50,954 nt of DNA from Alphaproteobacteria bacterium. Its GTDB lineage: Bacteria > Pseudomonadota > Alphaproteobacteria > RF32 > CAG-239. Below the pieces are notes generated by a model. The model saw only the letters and a program-made list of their open reading frames with translations. It ran no database searches and was not told the origin of the DNA. Every line of letters starts with the position of its first letter. Position 1 is the stretch's first letter. Positions 1 through 9,383 of this stretch are shown here, piece after piece. The DNA lies in contig JAFVFH010000054.1 in NCBI GenBank assembly GCA_017475525.1, positions 1 through 50,954 on the forward strand. Direction: 5' to 3'. Position numbers and translations under genes: made by a program.

Positions 1-162
1 ATGAAGAACCATCCGGCCAGCCACCGGAGGTATCTAAAGTTCCCTCCAAGCTGCGCTTGCCAATCCGACTGAAAGTCGGCTGTCAATTCGCTTTCCACCG
101 GCTGACGCCAGTGGTCCAAAGCATTTGATGTTATCAAAAACGCTTTTTAAGGGGGATTAAAT

Positions 163-210
163 AATTCGTAGATGCCTGGACGATTGCCTTTCAGGCAATC
201 GAGGCATGAC
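163..210. repeat. REP-like palindrome, family 1 (gtcat...atct type)
   Basis: aattcgtagatgcc..gacgatt[gcctttcaggc]aatcgaggcatgac matches the reverse complement of 40252-40296, with a different but still pairing inner stem. Confidence 0.75.
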
Positions 211-353
211 TCTCAAATGTATTTTTTTTTCTAAGAAGATAAAATCTCGTAACAAGAGAAATTTCTTTTGCAAAATATGAAGAACAACACGTTTTAAGCA
301 AAGGTCTTTTTTTGGGCAGGCGGGAGCTTTTGTTTTATATTGATAAAAAATAC

Positions 354-382
354 TTGACAAAAAAATCGGGGAGGGGTAAACT
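354..382 (+). promoter_or_regulatory. sigma70-type promoter
   Basis: TTGACA-17 bp-TAAACT, upstream of an AAGGA RBS and the ATG at 446. Confidence 0.7.
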
Positions 383-445
383 GGAAGTATATCATATGGA
401 GTTTGTCTTTTGCAGGCATCTTTGGATTAAGGAAAGGATAGGGCT

Positions 446-1906
446 ATGTCTGAATTTGATGAAAACATTAAACTACCAATCTCCTTAAGTATTATTGTTG
501 CCAAAGAGCTTAGGGATAAGTATGGTATAGATAAATGGAAGGACGGCACGCTCGTTCAGGCTCGTTTTACAAAGGAAGAATTATCAAAAATCAAAGAGTT
601 AAAATTTACAAATCCGAATAAAGGTGATTTGGTCGGTATTGAAAAGTTGCCTGAATTAAAAAGTTTATCCCTTGAAAGTAACGGATTTAATGAATTTTTA
701 CATCCGGATGCCAGAAAATCTATAGACGATGCCGATATAACAAGCATTGAAAAGTGCGCGAATCTTGAAACCTTATCAATTATAAACCAACCCAATATTA
801 CGGAAATAGATTTAAGTCGCCTGACGAAATTAGATGATATAAATATAAGCAACAATATGAATCTTGAAAGCATTCACGGAATCGATAAATTACAAAAGCT
901 TTCATTTTTAACGTGTTATGGCAATAAATCACTGCAAGATATTAATGGTTTGGATAGAGCTGTTGTTCAAAATAAAGAAAATCTGTCCGAACTCAATTTG
1001 GATGTTCTACTCTTTCCTAAAGCCATAAAATATAATTGTGCTACGGGTTCTTATTCTCAGGAAGCATCAGATGCTTTAGAGCGTATCAATAATGGTGCAA
1101 AAAGCGGTTTAAGTTCGATTAAATGGTGCGAAAATATTTCTAATTTCACGGCAACAAAAATAACTCATGGTAATATGCTCAAAATGCATAATGAGGCTTG
1201 CCGGATTTTAAATGAGGTTTGCCCTCGCACGACCAGTGTGCCGGATATGGTCGTTGCCGTTGAAAGATATTTAGCAGAAAATGTCACTTATGATTATGAT
1301 GGCCTAGCACATGGTTTTATTAAGGGTAAAGATATAAATATAGGCGAACATAAATTAAGGTTAGCAGATGGCATTAAATATGGAACAAACAGTGCTTTTG
1401 ATTGCCTTATAAAACATAATTGTATTTGTGAAGGATATACCAGAGGTGAACAATATTTGCTTGCTCTTAAGGGCATTCAAACGCGTAATGTGGCTTGTGT
1501 TGGTGAAAAAGATACAATGGGTATGGCGGATCATACAAAAACAGATGATCATCCGAGAGATTATCAGTTACCCAAAGATGGCTATCACAGCATTATTTAT
1601 ATTGGTGGATATTATGGCTTATATAGTGATCCTTGTTGGAATGCTTGCCGTTATCAGCAGGGAGATAAAACTTTGCCCTACAGTCTTTTAACAAAAGAAG
1701 AAATGGGTAAAGATCATATGCTTTCTTTTGAAGAGCGAGCATATACAGGTAGTGTACAAACGGTATCACGGTCTAAAATTTCAGAATCTATAGGATACAA
1801 TACCCTCTTTCGAAATTCTCGGGCTAGCGAAGTCACGGCTCAAAAGGGTATATTACAGCAAAATGTTGTCGGAATTGTGAGAGGGGCAGATGGAAGAGCG
1901 TATTAG
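446..1906 (+). CDS. Leucine-rich-repeat plus transglutaminase-like (Cys-His-Asp) domain protein
   Basis: N-terminal LxxLxLxxN repeats; C-terminal YDY..., CICEGY, YHS and SDPCWN motifs; no signal peptide. Confidence 0.75.
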   Translation: MSEFDENIKLPISLSIIVAKELRDKYGIDKWKDGTLVQARFTKEELSKIKELKFTNPNKGDLVGIEKLPELKSLSLESNGFNEFLHPDARKSIDDADITSIEKCANLETLSIINQPNITEIDLSRLTKLDDINISNNMNLESIHGIDKLQKLSFLTCYGNKSLQDINGLDRAVVQNKENLSELNLDVLLFPKAIKYNCATGSYSQEASDALERINNGAKSGLSSIKWCENISNFTATKITHGNMLKMHNEACRILNEVCPRTTSVPDMVVAVERYLAENVTYDYDGLAHGFIKGKDINIGEHKLRLADGIKYGTNSAFDCLIKHNCICEGYTRGEQYLLALKGIQTRNVACVGEKDTMGMADHTKTDDHPRDYQLPKDGYHSIIYIGGYYGLYSDPCWNACRYQQGDKTLPYSLLTKEEMGKDHMLSFEERAYTGSVQTVSRSKISESIGYNTLFRNSRASEVTAQKGILQQNVVGIVRGADGRAY

Positions 1907-2252
1907 TCAAAATCAAGTTTATGCTGAGGTTTATGCTGTTTTAACAGCTTTAGGCGGTGAATATATTCGAAAACTTCCGAGAAGTGTTTTGAATGTGATT
2001 GCTGAAGGACGAGATGTTCAGTATGAGCGAAAAATTAATCAAGATATGCCGCTTGAAGAACAGAATCTATCAAAAGAAGCTATCGCCATGTTGGCATCAT
2101 TAAAACTGGATTATTGGTGTGAAACTGAAGAAGAAAAAAAAGCGTTAAGGGGTATATTAAACTTAAACGAAGAAAAACAGTCAGGAGGACCTCTTTCAAA
2201 AGATAGTAAAAAAGCATGGATTGAGATGCTGAAAAATAGGGCGAAGAAGTAG
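1890..2252 (+). CDS. hypothetical protein
   Basis: 120 aa ORF overlapping the upstream stop, with a GAGGGG RBS. Confidence 0.75.
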   Translation: MEERISQNQVYAEVYAVLTALGGEYIRKLPRSVLNVIAEGRDVQYERKINQDMPLEEQNLSKEAIAMLASLKLDYWCETEEEKKALRGILNLNEEKQSGGPLSKDSKKAWIEMLKNRAKK

Positions 2253-2342
2253 AGATTAAATCAAATGGAATTTTTAATTTATGCCGGATAAAAAAGAGTA
2301 AATATGCTATTTTATAAATACTTTTCATAAAGGAGAACGACA

Positions 2343-2837
2343 ATGGAAAACAGGGATTTTAATAAAGAACTTCAGGACAGCGAGGTTTATCAGGTTGCGG
2401 CTCAGATAGGTATTGATATTAGTACCTATAAAGCAAGCAATGAAGAACAGCTTAAGAATGCTGAGACTGAAATTAAACATGCGATTAAAAAACGTCAATA
2501 TGAAAATACAGAAGAACAGAATGCGGCAGATATGAAAAAGCTGGATGATAAGCCTAAATTGCAAGAAGAGTATAAAAAAATAGAAAAGGAAGAAAGACCA
2601 AATCCAGAGGTTGAAAAGGAAAAGACACAACAGCAAGGCGAGAATAAAGACAAAGAAGCAAAAGAAGAGACAGCTTCGATGGGTGATTTATTAAGAAAGC
2701 TTTCGGGCAGACCCTCAAAATCAGATGCTTTCGAGAGGAAAACTACTGAAATTTCTAATCCTGTTAAAACGGTGGTAAAAACTTTGAATACGACGGCTAC
2801 GGTTATTAATCGTATTTCTAATCAAGGGCGGCCGTAG
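2343..2837 (+). CDS. hypothetical charged/coiled-coil protein
   Basis: AAGGAG RBS; 164 aa, E/K/Q-rich. Confidence 0.7.
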   Translation: MENRDFNKELQDSEVYQVAAQIGIDISTYKASNEEQLKNAETEIKHAIKKRQYENTEEQNAADMKKLDDKPKLQEEYKKIEKEERPNPEVEKEKTQQQGENKDKEAKEETASMGDLLRKLSGRPSKSDAFERKTTEISNPVKTVVKTLNTTATVINRISNQGRP

Positions 2838-2920
2838 ATTTTTGATAAAAAATGCTTGCAAAATAAATTTTTTCTGCTAAATATATGCACGAATCGGCAA
2901 TGGTGCCGATGATAACAATA

Positions 2921-3030
2921 TAACACACGCAAGCCAAGGCGGATTGCTTTTGATGAAAAGTTAAATTCGCTCCGGTGCCTTGAGAAATCAAAGCCAAAAG
3001 CTTGCGGAGGTTTAACCGGAAAAGAAAAGG
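2921..3030 (+). promoter_or_regulatory. rpsB 5' leader (S2 autoregulatory RNA)
   Basis: cacacgc...cggtgcc...gcggaggtttaaccgg in the long rpsB 5' UTR; resembles alphaproteobacterial rpsB leaders as recalled. Confidence 0.5.
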
Positions 3031-3039
3031 AATTTATAT

Positions 3040-3846
3040 ATGTCACTTCCGACTTTTACTTTGCGTCAGCTTGTTGAAGCAGGCGCGCACTTCGGTCACC
3101 ACGCTCGTCGTTGGAACCCGAAAATGGCTCCTTACATTTATGGTAAGAAAGACAATATTCACATCATTAACTTGCAAAAAACATATCCGATGCTTTACAA
3201 CGCATTAAATGCAGCGCGTGAAGTGGCGGCTAACGGCGGCAAAGTCTTGTTTGTTGCTACAAAAAAGCAAGCTCAAGATGTGGTGAAAGAAAACGCACTT
3301 CGTTGCGGTCAATATTATGTGAACTATCGTTGGTTAGGCGGTATGCTCACGAACTGGAAAACAGTTCACAAATCAATTACCCGTTTGGTCAAATTAAACG
3401 ATATGTTCGAAAATAACCAAACAGAAGGTTATACCAAAAAGGAAATTTTGAACCTTAAAAAAGAGCAAGAAAAACTTGCAATGTCTTTGAATGGTATTAT
3501 GAACATGGGTGGTCAGCCTGATATGCTTTTTGTGATTGATACACCTAAAGAAGCTCTTGCAATCAAAGAAGCTAAAAAACTCGGCATTCCTGTTGTCGGT
3601 ATTGTTGATACAAATGCTGATCCGACAGAAGTTGATTATCCGGTTCCGGCTAACGATGATGCTATTCGCGCCATTACGCTTTATTGCGAACTCATGAGCG
3701 CTGCCATCGTTGACGGTATGGCATCTGAAATGGAAGCCAAAGGTGTTGAGGTTGAAGCTGAAGCATCTGCTGAAGAAACAGCTGAAACAAAGGCTCCCAA
3801 AAAACGTGCCCCGAGAAAAAAAGCTGAAGAAAAAGCAGCTGAATAA
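3040..3846 (+). CDS. rpsB: 30S ribosomal protein S2
   Basis: [21 protein letters not shown] and [10 protein letters not shown] motifs. Confidence 0.99.
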   Translation: MSLPTFTLRQLVEAGAHFGHHARRWNPKMAPYIYGKKDNIHIINLQKTYPMLYNALNAAREVAANGGKVLFVATKKQAQDVVKENALRCGQYYVNYRWLGGMLTNWKTVHKSITRLVKLNDMFENNQTEGYTKKEILNLKKEQEKLAMSLNGIMNMGGQPDMLFVIDTPKEALAIKEAKKLGIPVVGIVDTNADPTEVDYPVPANDDAIRAITLYCELMSAAIVDGMASEMEAKGVEVEAEASAEETAETKAPKKRAPRKKAEEKAAE

Positions 3847-3859
3847 TCTTTTTTAAGAA

Positions 3860-3893
3860 AAAAAGGCGGTGGTTTTCACTGCCGCCTTCGTTT
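3860..3893 (+). terminator. hairpin between rpsB and tsf
   Basis: aaggcggtgg-tttt-cactgccgcctt followed by a T-rich run. Confidence 0.55.
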
Positions 3894-3920
3894 GAAATTT
3901 TTTGTAAAGGAAAAAATATT

Positions 3921-4847
3921 ATGGCAGAAATTACAGCCGCTAAGGTTAAGGAATTAAGAGAAACAACCGGTGCCGGTATGCTCGATTGCAAAAAAGCTTT
4001 GGTCGAAGCAAACGGCGAAATGGAGCAAGCTATTGACTGGCTCCGCAAAAAAGGTTTGGCAACGGCTGCTAAAAAAGCTAGTCGTGTTGCTGCCGAAGGT
4101 TTGGTCGCCGTTAAGGTTGAAGGAAACAAAGGTGCTGTTGTGGAGGTGAATTCTGAAACAGACTTCGTTGCTAAAAACGACATTTTCCAAGAGTATGTTC
4201 AAGATGCGGCAACTGTCGCCCTTTTGAGTGACGGCGATATTGAGAAAATGAAGGCTTTCGGTTGCCCGAAATGCGGTAAGTCTTTTGGCGAACGTTTGAC
4301 GGATATGATTGCAAAAATCGGCGAAAATATGAATTTGCGTCGTGCCGCTGTTGTTGAAGTTCAAAACGGTGTTGTTGCTTCATACATTCACAGTGCTTTG
4401 AAACCCAACTTGGGCCGTATCGGCGTGTTGGTTGCTTTGGAATCATCCGCTGACAAAGAAAAATTAAATGAACTCGGCAAGCATATTGCAATGCATATTG
4501 CCGCTTCATCTCCGCTTTTCTTGGATGTTGCAAGCGTTGATCCGGCCGCTGTTGAACATGAACGCGGTATTTATGCCGAGCAAGCTCGCGCATCGGGCAA
4601 GCCTGAAAATATCATCGAAAAGATGGTTGAAGGTCGTGTTCGTAAATATTACGAAGAAGTTGTTTTGACGGAACAAGCCTACATCATGGACCCCGACAAA
4701 AAGGTCAAAGATGTGATTGCAGAAGCCGCCAAAGAACTCGGCACGGAAATCAAACTTTCTTCATATGTCCGCTTCAAACTTGGCGAAGGGTTGCAGAAGA
4801 AGGAAGAGGATTTTGCAGCCGAAGTAGCCGCTCAACTTCAAAAATAG
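3921..4847 (+). CDS. tsf: elongation factor Ts
   Basis: [29 protein letters not shown]. Confidence 0.99.
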   Translation: MAEITAAKVKELRETTGAGMLDCKKALVEANGEMEQAIDWLRKKGLATAAKKASRVAAEGLVAVKVEGNKGAVVEVNSETDFVAKNDIFQEYVQDAATVALLSDGDIEKMKAFGCPKCGKSFGERLTDMIAKIGENMNLRRAAVVEVQNGVVASYIHSALKPNLGRIGVLVALESSADKEKLNELGKHIAMHIAASSPLFLDVASVDPAAVEHERGIYAEQARASGKPENIIEKMVEGRVRKYYEEVVLTEQAYIMDPDKKVKDVIAEAAKELGTEIKLSSYVRFKLGEGLQKKEEDFAAEVAAQLQK

Positions 4848-5090
4848 CGTATAATGGCTAACTACTTGTAAGCTCTTGTGCTTATGTACCTTTTTGTACA
4901 CTGTGCACAAGAGCTTACTGCGTATTTAGCGCATTCTCCGCTATTTTTTAACAAAGGTATGGCGAGTTTAAGAGGTCCTGATAACTTTCAAATAATGGTC
5001 AACAGTTTGTAGGTATTCGTACTTATGTACCTTTTTGTACACTGCGCACAAGAGCTTACTGCGTATTTAGCGCATTCTCCGCTATTTTTT
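4840..5090. repeat. REP/RPE-like palindrome, family 2, tandem pair
   Basis: 4840-4948 is an imperfect ~110 bp palindrome (gtaagctcttgtgc/gcacaagagcttac). 4881-4949 recurs at 5022-5090 with 1 mismatch. Confidence 0.85.
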
Positions 5091-5146
5091 ATATTCAAAT
5101 AAATAAAGGCTTTGTGCGATTTTGTGAGTTTTAAGCTTTTGATTGT

Positions 5147-6580
5147 TTACCATAAATGATTATACAGATCATTTCGTTTGGATAGTTCTCTTTCTAAATA
5201 GGCACCGCCGAATTTTTCTTGAAGAGTTTGTTCTTGGGAAAAAACAGAAGTGCCGAGCCCGAGTCGATGAGAGTTCCAAGAGACACCTATTGCTTCTAAA
5301 ATTGTCGGAAACAAGTCGATTTGAGTGAATGTGCGATTTCTTTCCTGAAGATTAATATCCGTATTCAGAAACAAATTATAAATATGACGTTCATCAGGCA
5401 TTGAAAAATCATTGCCTTGTCGTAAATGGTCGCCCAGTAAAACAATAACCGTGTTTTGATAATAAGGATAGGATTGAAGAGTTGTGAGAAAATCGGCTGT
5501 TGCTTGTGCAGTGTGGTAAATCGTGTCATATTCTTTGTATGCCAAATGTGTATCTGTGGAAATTTTAGGGTCGTAATGATGATGCGTATCAATGGTGTTG
5601 ATAATGGCAACAAAAGGTTCTTTCATGCTCTTTAATTCGTTTGCGGCAATTTGAAAGACATCTGAATCACCATATCCCCATCCGCCGGCTCTTTGGTATT
5701 GAGGATACATTTTTTCGATATTTTGACTGTCTAAATATTTCTCCTGAAAACCGTTATCACATAAAAATTTTTTTTGGCCGGCAAAATTTGTATTAATTCC
5801 GGAAATAAAAAAAGTGTGATAATGGTTAGATGTTAAGATTTTGCCTAAAGTATATGTGTTTTTTAATTGTGTCAGATTTTTTCCGTATTGGTGCAATATG
5901 TCTATCGGAATAAGCGTTGTGGGAACGCCGCTGAATAAAGCAAGTATGGCAGGTTGTGTCGAGGTTGTGCCAAATCCGTTGGTGTAATTTTGAAAACTGA
6001 TACCCCGTGCTTGTATTGCTTGGAGCGGTGACAGAAGATTTGTTCCAAAAAAGGAAGTATTGCAGAAAGTTGTTTCAAAGCTTTCTAACAAAATGATAAT
6101 TAAATTTTTCTTTTGGGTCGGAAAAGTAAAATTTTGTTTTTCAGGTTCTACATAATTTTCTTCATAAAAAGTACTTTTCGGCGGAAAAATTTTTTCAGTC
6201 TTGGTCAGTAAAGTATGAATAGAATAAGTCCATATGATAAAAAAAGTGCCTAATATAAGGCAATTGATATAATTACTCTTTATATAGGACAATATTTTTT
6301 GAAAGACCGCCAGACGCATTATTTCAGGCAGAAGCAAGAAAGCCGTGCTATATGATGCCGAAGGTAATAAACAGCGAAAAAAATATGTTTCGATAAAATG
6401 ATAATCGGTTCCTTCTAAACCCGATAATAAAAAGAACAGAATTTGAGAAAAGTTTGAAAATGGGAATTGAACAATAATAAATTTTTTTGTTTCTAAAAAC
6501 AAAAAAATAAGAAAAAGAAGAAAAAAAGCGCAGATGTATGCCATTGCTTTTTTGATGCTTTTTTGTTTTTTTGCTGTCAT
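5147..6580 (-). CDS. LTA synthase / phosphoglycerol transferase (sulfatase-fold) membrane protein
   Basis: N-terminal TM segments; NLIIILLES, WGYGD, TIDTH, LGDH and DLFPTIL motifs. Confidence 0.85.
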   Translation of the reverse strand: MTAKKQKSIKKAMAYICAFFLLFLIFLFLETKKFIIVQFPFSNFSQILFFLLSGLEGTDYHFIETYFFRCLLPSASYSTAFLLLPEIMRLAVFQKILSYIKSNYINCLILGTFFIIWTYSIHTLLTKTEKIFPPKSTFYEENYVEPEKQNFTFPTQKKNLIIILLESFETTFCNTSFFGTNLLSPLQAIQARGISFQNYTNGFGTTSTQPAILALFSGVPTTLIPIDILHQYGKNLTQLKNTYTLGKILTSNHYHTFFISGINTNFAGQKKFLCDNGFQEKYLDSQNIEKMYPQYQRAGGWGYGDSDVFQIAANELKSMKEPFVAIINTIDTHHHYDPKISTDTHLAYKEYDTIYHTAQATADFLTTLQSYPYYQNTVIVLLGDHLRQGNDFSMPDERHIYNLFLNTDINLQERNRTFTQIDLFPTILEAIGVSWNSHRLGLGTSVFSQEQTLQEKFGGAYLERELSKRNDLYNHLW

Positions 6581-6603
6581 GTTTCATTTCCTTTTCTTCA
6601 ACC

Positions 6604-6808
6604 AAACAAAAACCCGACTTTTATTGAAAAAGCGGGCGGATGTTCGTCAACCAAAAGCAAATGAAATGGCTCGGTATTTTCGAGCGAAAGCCTTATATAA
6701 CCGACATCCGCCCTTAAAACAGGGGAATGTGTCGGCATATTTAAGGTCTTGCAATATGACCATTTGCTTTTAGGGCGACGAAGCCCAAAATTGTCATGTG
6801 ACAATTTC
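6604..6808 (-). ncRNA. putative structured leader/attenuator (copy D)
   Basis: 5' hairpin; closing stem ttcgtcg..taaaagcaaatg / catttgcttttg..tgacgaa; ggtc-atattgcaa-gacc hairpin; ataagg motif; catcc followed by terminator hairpin and U-run. Confidence 0.6.
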
Positions 6809-6919
6809 GATGTCAGTTTATTTTAATTTGAAGGAAAATCAAGCTTTATTTTGAAACGGTATCGAAAGCACAAGGAGTTTTTAGCGGATGTCTGAGAATT
6901 GAAAAAAACAATTTGAATG

Positions 6920-7612
6920 TTAAACAGCCGAAGTTTTTTTCTTCTTTTTTAATGTAAAGCTATGGCTTTCGGCGATCAAAGATAAAACCGTTTCATCATC
7001 CAGCGAATCGTTTAAAACAACTGTTATCCAATATTTTTTATTCATATGGTAGGCCGGATAGATGCCGTTTTGTTCGACAAGTTCGGGGATTTTTTTTGCA
7101 TCTATTTTAAGGTTCATCACTTCAACCGTGCCGGACTTGTTTTTATCTAATTTTTCAAACTCAAGGCTCATGACAAGGGCATACCACTTTTCACTGTCGG
7201 GGTTTTTGAAAACGCCGAATGTAGGGTATTTTTCCCACGGGAAAGCAGGCGAATCGCCGTATAGTTGTTGAAGCTTTGAAGCAATGCGAGTTGTTTGACG
7301 AGATAAGAACACATTTGAGGTTGTGCATTTCAAGCAAATGTCTTTTAAGATGTCGATATATTCGGTGCGCACCAAGCCGGCGTAGCCGATGGCCATTTCA
7401 TCAACACGAATGGCAAAATAAACATCACCCGTGTCAATATCATAGACGTCACCTTTGATGCCGTCTTTTGAAATCAAAACAATAGCTTTGAAAGCGCCGT
7501 TCATAATTGTTTTTTCAAAAACATAGACATTGTTTGATTTTTTGAAACCGTAAGGTTTAAGTTTTGAAAAATCAATGGTATGCCGCTCAAAAATTTGTTC
7601 TTCTATTGTCAT
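6920..7612 (-). CDS. MmcQ/YjbR family DNA-binding protein
   Basis: FPW, KWYAL and PAYHMNKKYW motifs. Confidence 0.9.
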   Translation of the reverse strand: MTIEEQIFERHTIDFSKLKPYGFKKSNNVYVFEKTIMNGAFKAIVLISKDGIKGDVYDIDTGDVYFAIRVDEMAIGYAGLVRTEYIDILKDICLKCTTSNVFLSRQTTRIASKLQQLYGDSPAFPWEKYPTFGVFKNPDSEKWYALVMSLEFEKLDKNKSGTVEVMNLKIDAKKIPELVEQNGIYPAYHMNKKYWITVVLNDSLDDETVLSLIAESHSFTLKKKKKTSAV

Positions 7613-7710
7613 AAAAACTTTCTATCATATTTAACTGATTCTTTCAAGGGCATGATTTATTTTTTTATTTGACATTTGATGTTTTTTATGTCATAACCAA
7701 AGTCACTTTT

Positions 7711-7730
7711 GGGGTTATAGCTCAGTTGGG
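7711..7730 (+). repeat. duplicated 5' 20 nt of tRNA-Ala
   Basis: ggggttatagctcagttggg is identical to 7875-7894. Confidence 0.9.
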
Positions 7731-7874
7731 CGCGAGGATAGAAAATGCCTGTAATGGCATTTTATACCACAAGCGGCGAAGTTTTGTTAATGAGCAAATG
7801 AAGCGAAAAGCGAATGCGGCGAATTTACAAAACGAGTGACCGAGCAACTGAGCCTCAAATACGAAAATTATCAT

Positions 7875-7950
<76 letters not shown>

Positions 7951-7952
7951 AT

Positions 7953-7994
7953 AAAAGAAAACCGAAGGTTCATATCTTCGGTTTTTCGTTTTTT
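7953..7994 (+). terminator. intrinsic terminator
   Basis: aaaaccgaagg-ttcata-tcttcggttttt. Confidence 0.75.
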
Positions 7995-8054
7995 AAACAA
8001 TCTGTTTCATAATCTTATTGTTTTTTTAAGATTTCTTGTTTATCGTTATTTTCG

Positions 8055-8269
8055 TTAGGACAGCCCAAGTCCTGACAGGACATTGACAGTCTTGAATAAC
8101 ATGGGCAAACATAGCTTTTGTGTTACATTGTTAATGCAAAAGGAAGTTGCCATATTGGGCATCTCACCTGAAAAGGGTGGATGCCAGTGAATAAGGCATA
8201 TACCCAATAGCTGGGCTACTTTTCGTGTTATTCGTAGTGTCAACGTCCACCCGCCTGAAAAAGCGGGTG
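8055..8269 (+). ncRNA. putative structured leader (copy E)
   Basis: 5' hairpin; gga-ca-ttgaca..tgaataaca / tgttattcg-tag-tgtcaa-cgtcc; gtgaataaggc motif; final hairpin cacccgc/gcgggtg. Confidence 0.6.
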
Positions 8270-8375
8270 AAATTGCGAGAAAATATGGCAAAAAAATAAT
8301 CAACCTCGCTAATTAAGTGATGATTTGTCGGCTGATTTTTGTTGCAAATTTTTTATCAAGCGATATTTTAAGAAC

Positions 8376-9062
8376 ATGAAAAAAGTTTTTATTTTGATGG
8401 GGGCGGGGATTTCCGCCGAATCGGGGCTCAAGACTTTTCGCGACGCGAATGGTCTGTGGGAGAATTTTAAGGTTGAAGATGTGGCATCGATTGAGGGGTT
8501 TGAAAAAAATCCGAAACAGGTGCATGAGTTTTATAATATGTTACGTCCTCAAATGGATAAAGCACTGCCGAATGCGGCGCATATCGCCATTGCGGATTTT
8601 GAAAAAAGAGCGGATATTTCGCTTTATTTGGTGACGCAAAATGTGGATTTATTACACGAAAAAGCAGGCTCGAAAAATGTGAGGCATATGCACGGGCGGA
8701 TTGATGAAACGGTGTGCCTCAAGTGCGGACATGTTATCAAAACGCCCGAAAAAAGCGCATTTGATGATGTGTGTGACAAATGCGGCGCAAAGGGTTATTT
8801 GAAGCCAAATATCGTGTTTTTCGGTGAGATGCCGATGTTTATGGACGAGATTGAAAATGAGCTCAAAAGTTGTGATGTTTTTGTGGCCGTCGGGACATCG
8901 GGGGTGGTTTATCCGGCGGCCGGATTTGTGCAAGAAGCAAAGTATTACGGCGCTGAAACGTATTTGTTTAATTTGGAATACATCGAAAACAACTATTATT
9001 TTGACCACCAAATTTTAGGCAAGGCTTCTGAAACATTGCCGGCGTTTTTGCAAAAGCTTTAA
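8376..9062 (+). CDS. cobB: NAD-dependent protein deacylase (sirtuin)
   Basis: GAGISAESG, TQNVD, HG, CxxC..CxxC, PNIVFFGE and GTSG motifs; start reassigned to ATG 8376. Confidence 0.93.
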   Translation: MKKVFILMGAGISAESGLKTFRDANGLWENFKVEDVASIEGFEKNPKQVHEFYNMLRPQMDKALPNAAHIAIADFEKRADISLYLVTQNVDLLHEKAGSKNVRHMHGRIDETVCLKCGHVIKTPEKSAFDDVCDKCGAKGYLKPNIVFFGEMPMFMDEIENELKSCDVFVAVGTSGVVYPAAGFVQEAKYYGAETYLFNLEYIENNYYFDHQILGKASETLPAFLQKL

Positions 9063-9118
9063 GATATATATTATTTGCTAAAAAAGCGCTTGACAAAGCA
9101 TAAAATATCATATATTCA

Positions 9119-9140
9119 AATCGTGAAAAAAATCACGATT
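9119..9140. promoter_or_regulatory. Rex operator just downstream of a TTGACA promoter (9090)
   Basis: aatcgtga-aaaaaa-tcacgatt palindrome fits the Rex consensus TTGTGAA-N4-TTCACAA; rex is the last gene of the operon. Confidence 0.75.
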
Positions 9141-9152
9141 AAAGAAAAAGTA

Positions 9153-9383
9153 ATGGTTACGATAAAAATTTGTTTAGGAAGTTCTTGTTTTGCGAGAGGC
9201 AATGACAGCATTCTTGCCTTTTTGCAGGAAAAAATCAAAGAGAAAAATTTGAGCGATAAGGTTGAAGTGTTCGGTTGTCGGTGCAATAATTTGTGTACGG
9301 ACGGGCCGAATATTTTTGTGAACGGTGAAAAATACAGCCATATCAGCAAAGAAAATATTGAAAAGATTTTGGAGGCTATTTAA
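9153..9383 (+). CDS. thioredoxin-like [2Fe-2S] protein (HfsA-like)
   Basis: ICLGSSCFARG...CNNLCTDGP; start reassigned to ATG 9153. Confidence 0.85.
   Translation: MVTIKICLGSSCFARGNDSILAFLQEKIKEKNLSDKVEVFGCRCNNLCTDGPNIFVNGEKYSHISKENIEKILEAI

Noticed and set aside
60-118. ZTP (pfl), FMN or cobalamin riboswitch on the minus strand
   Set aside because: Only fragments (actggcg, gtgg, gccgac) match; diagnostic segments such as CCAC.GGGAG and CGCCUGGGC are absent.
4881-5090. CRISPR array
   Set aside because: Only two 69 bp copies, no regular spacers and no cas genes in the window.
8101-8152. c-di-GMP-I riboswitch in leader E (ggcaaac..gcaaaag..gttgcc)
   Set aside because: No GNRA-capped P2 or P3 receptor arrangement, and these words are not conserved in the other leaders.
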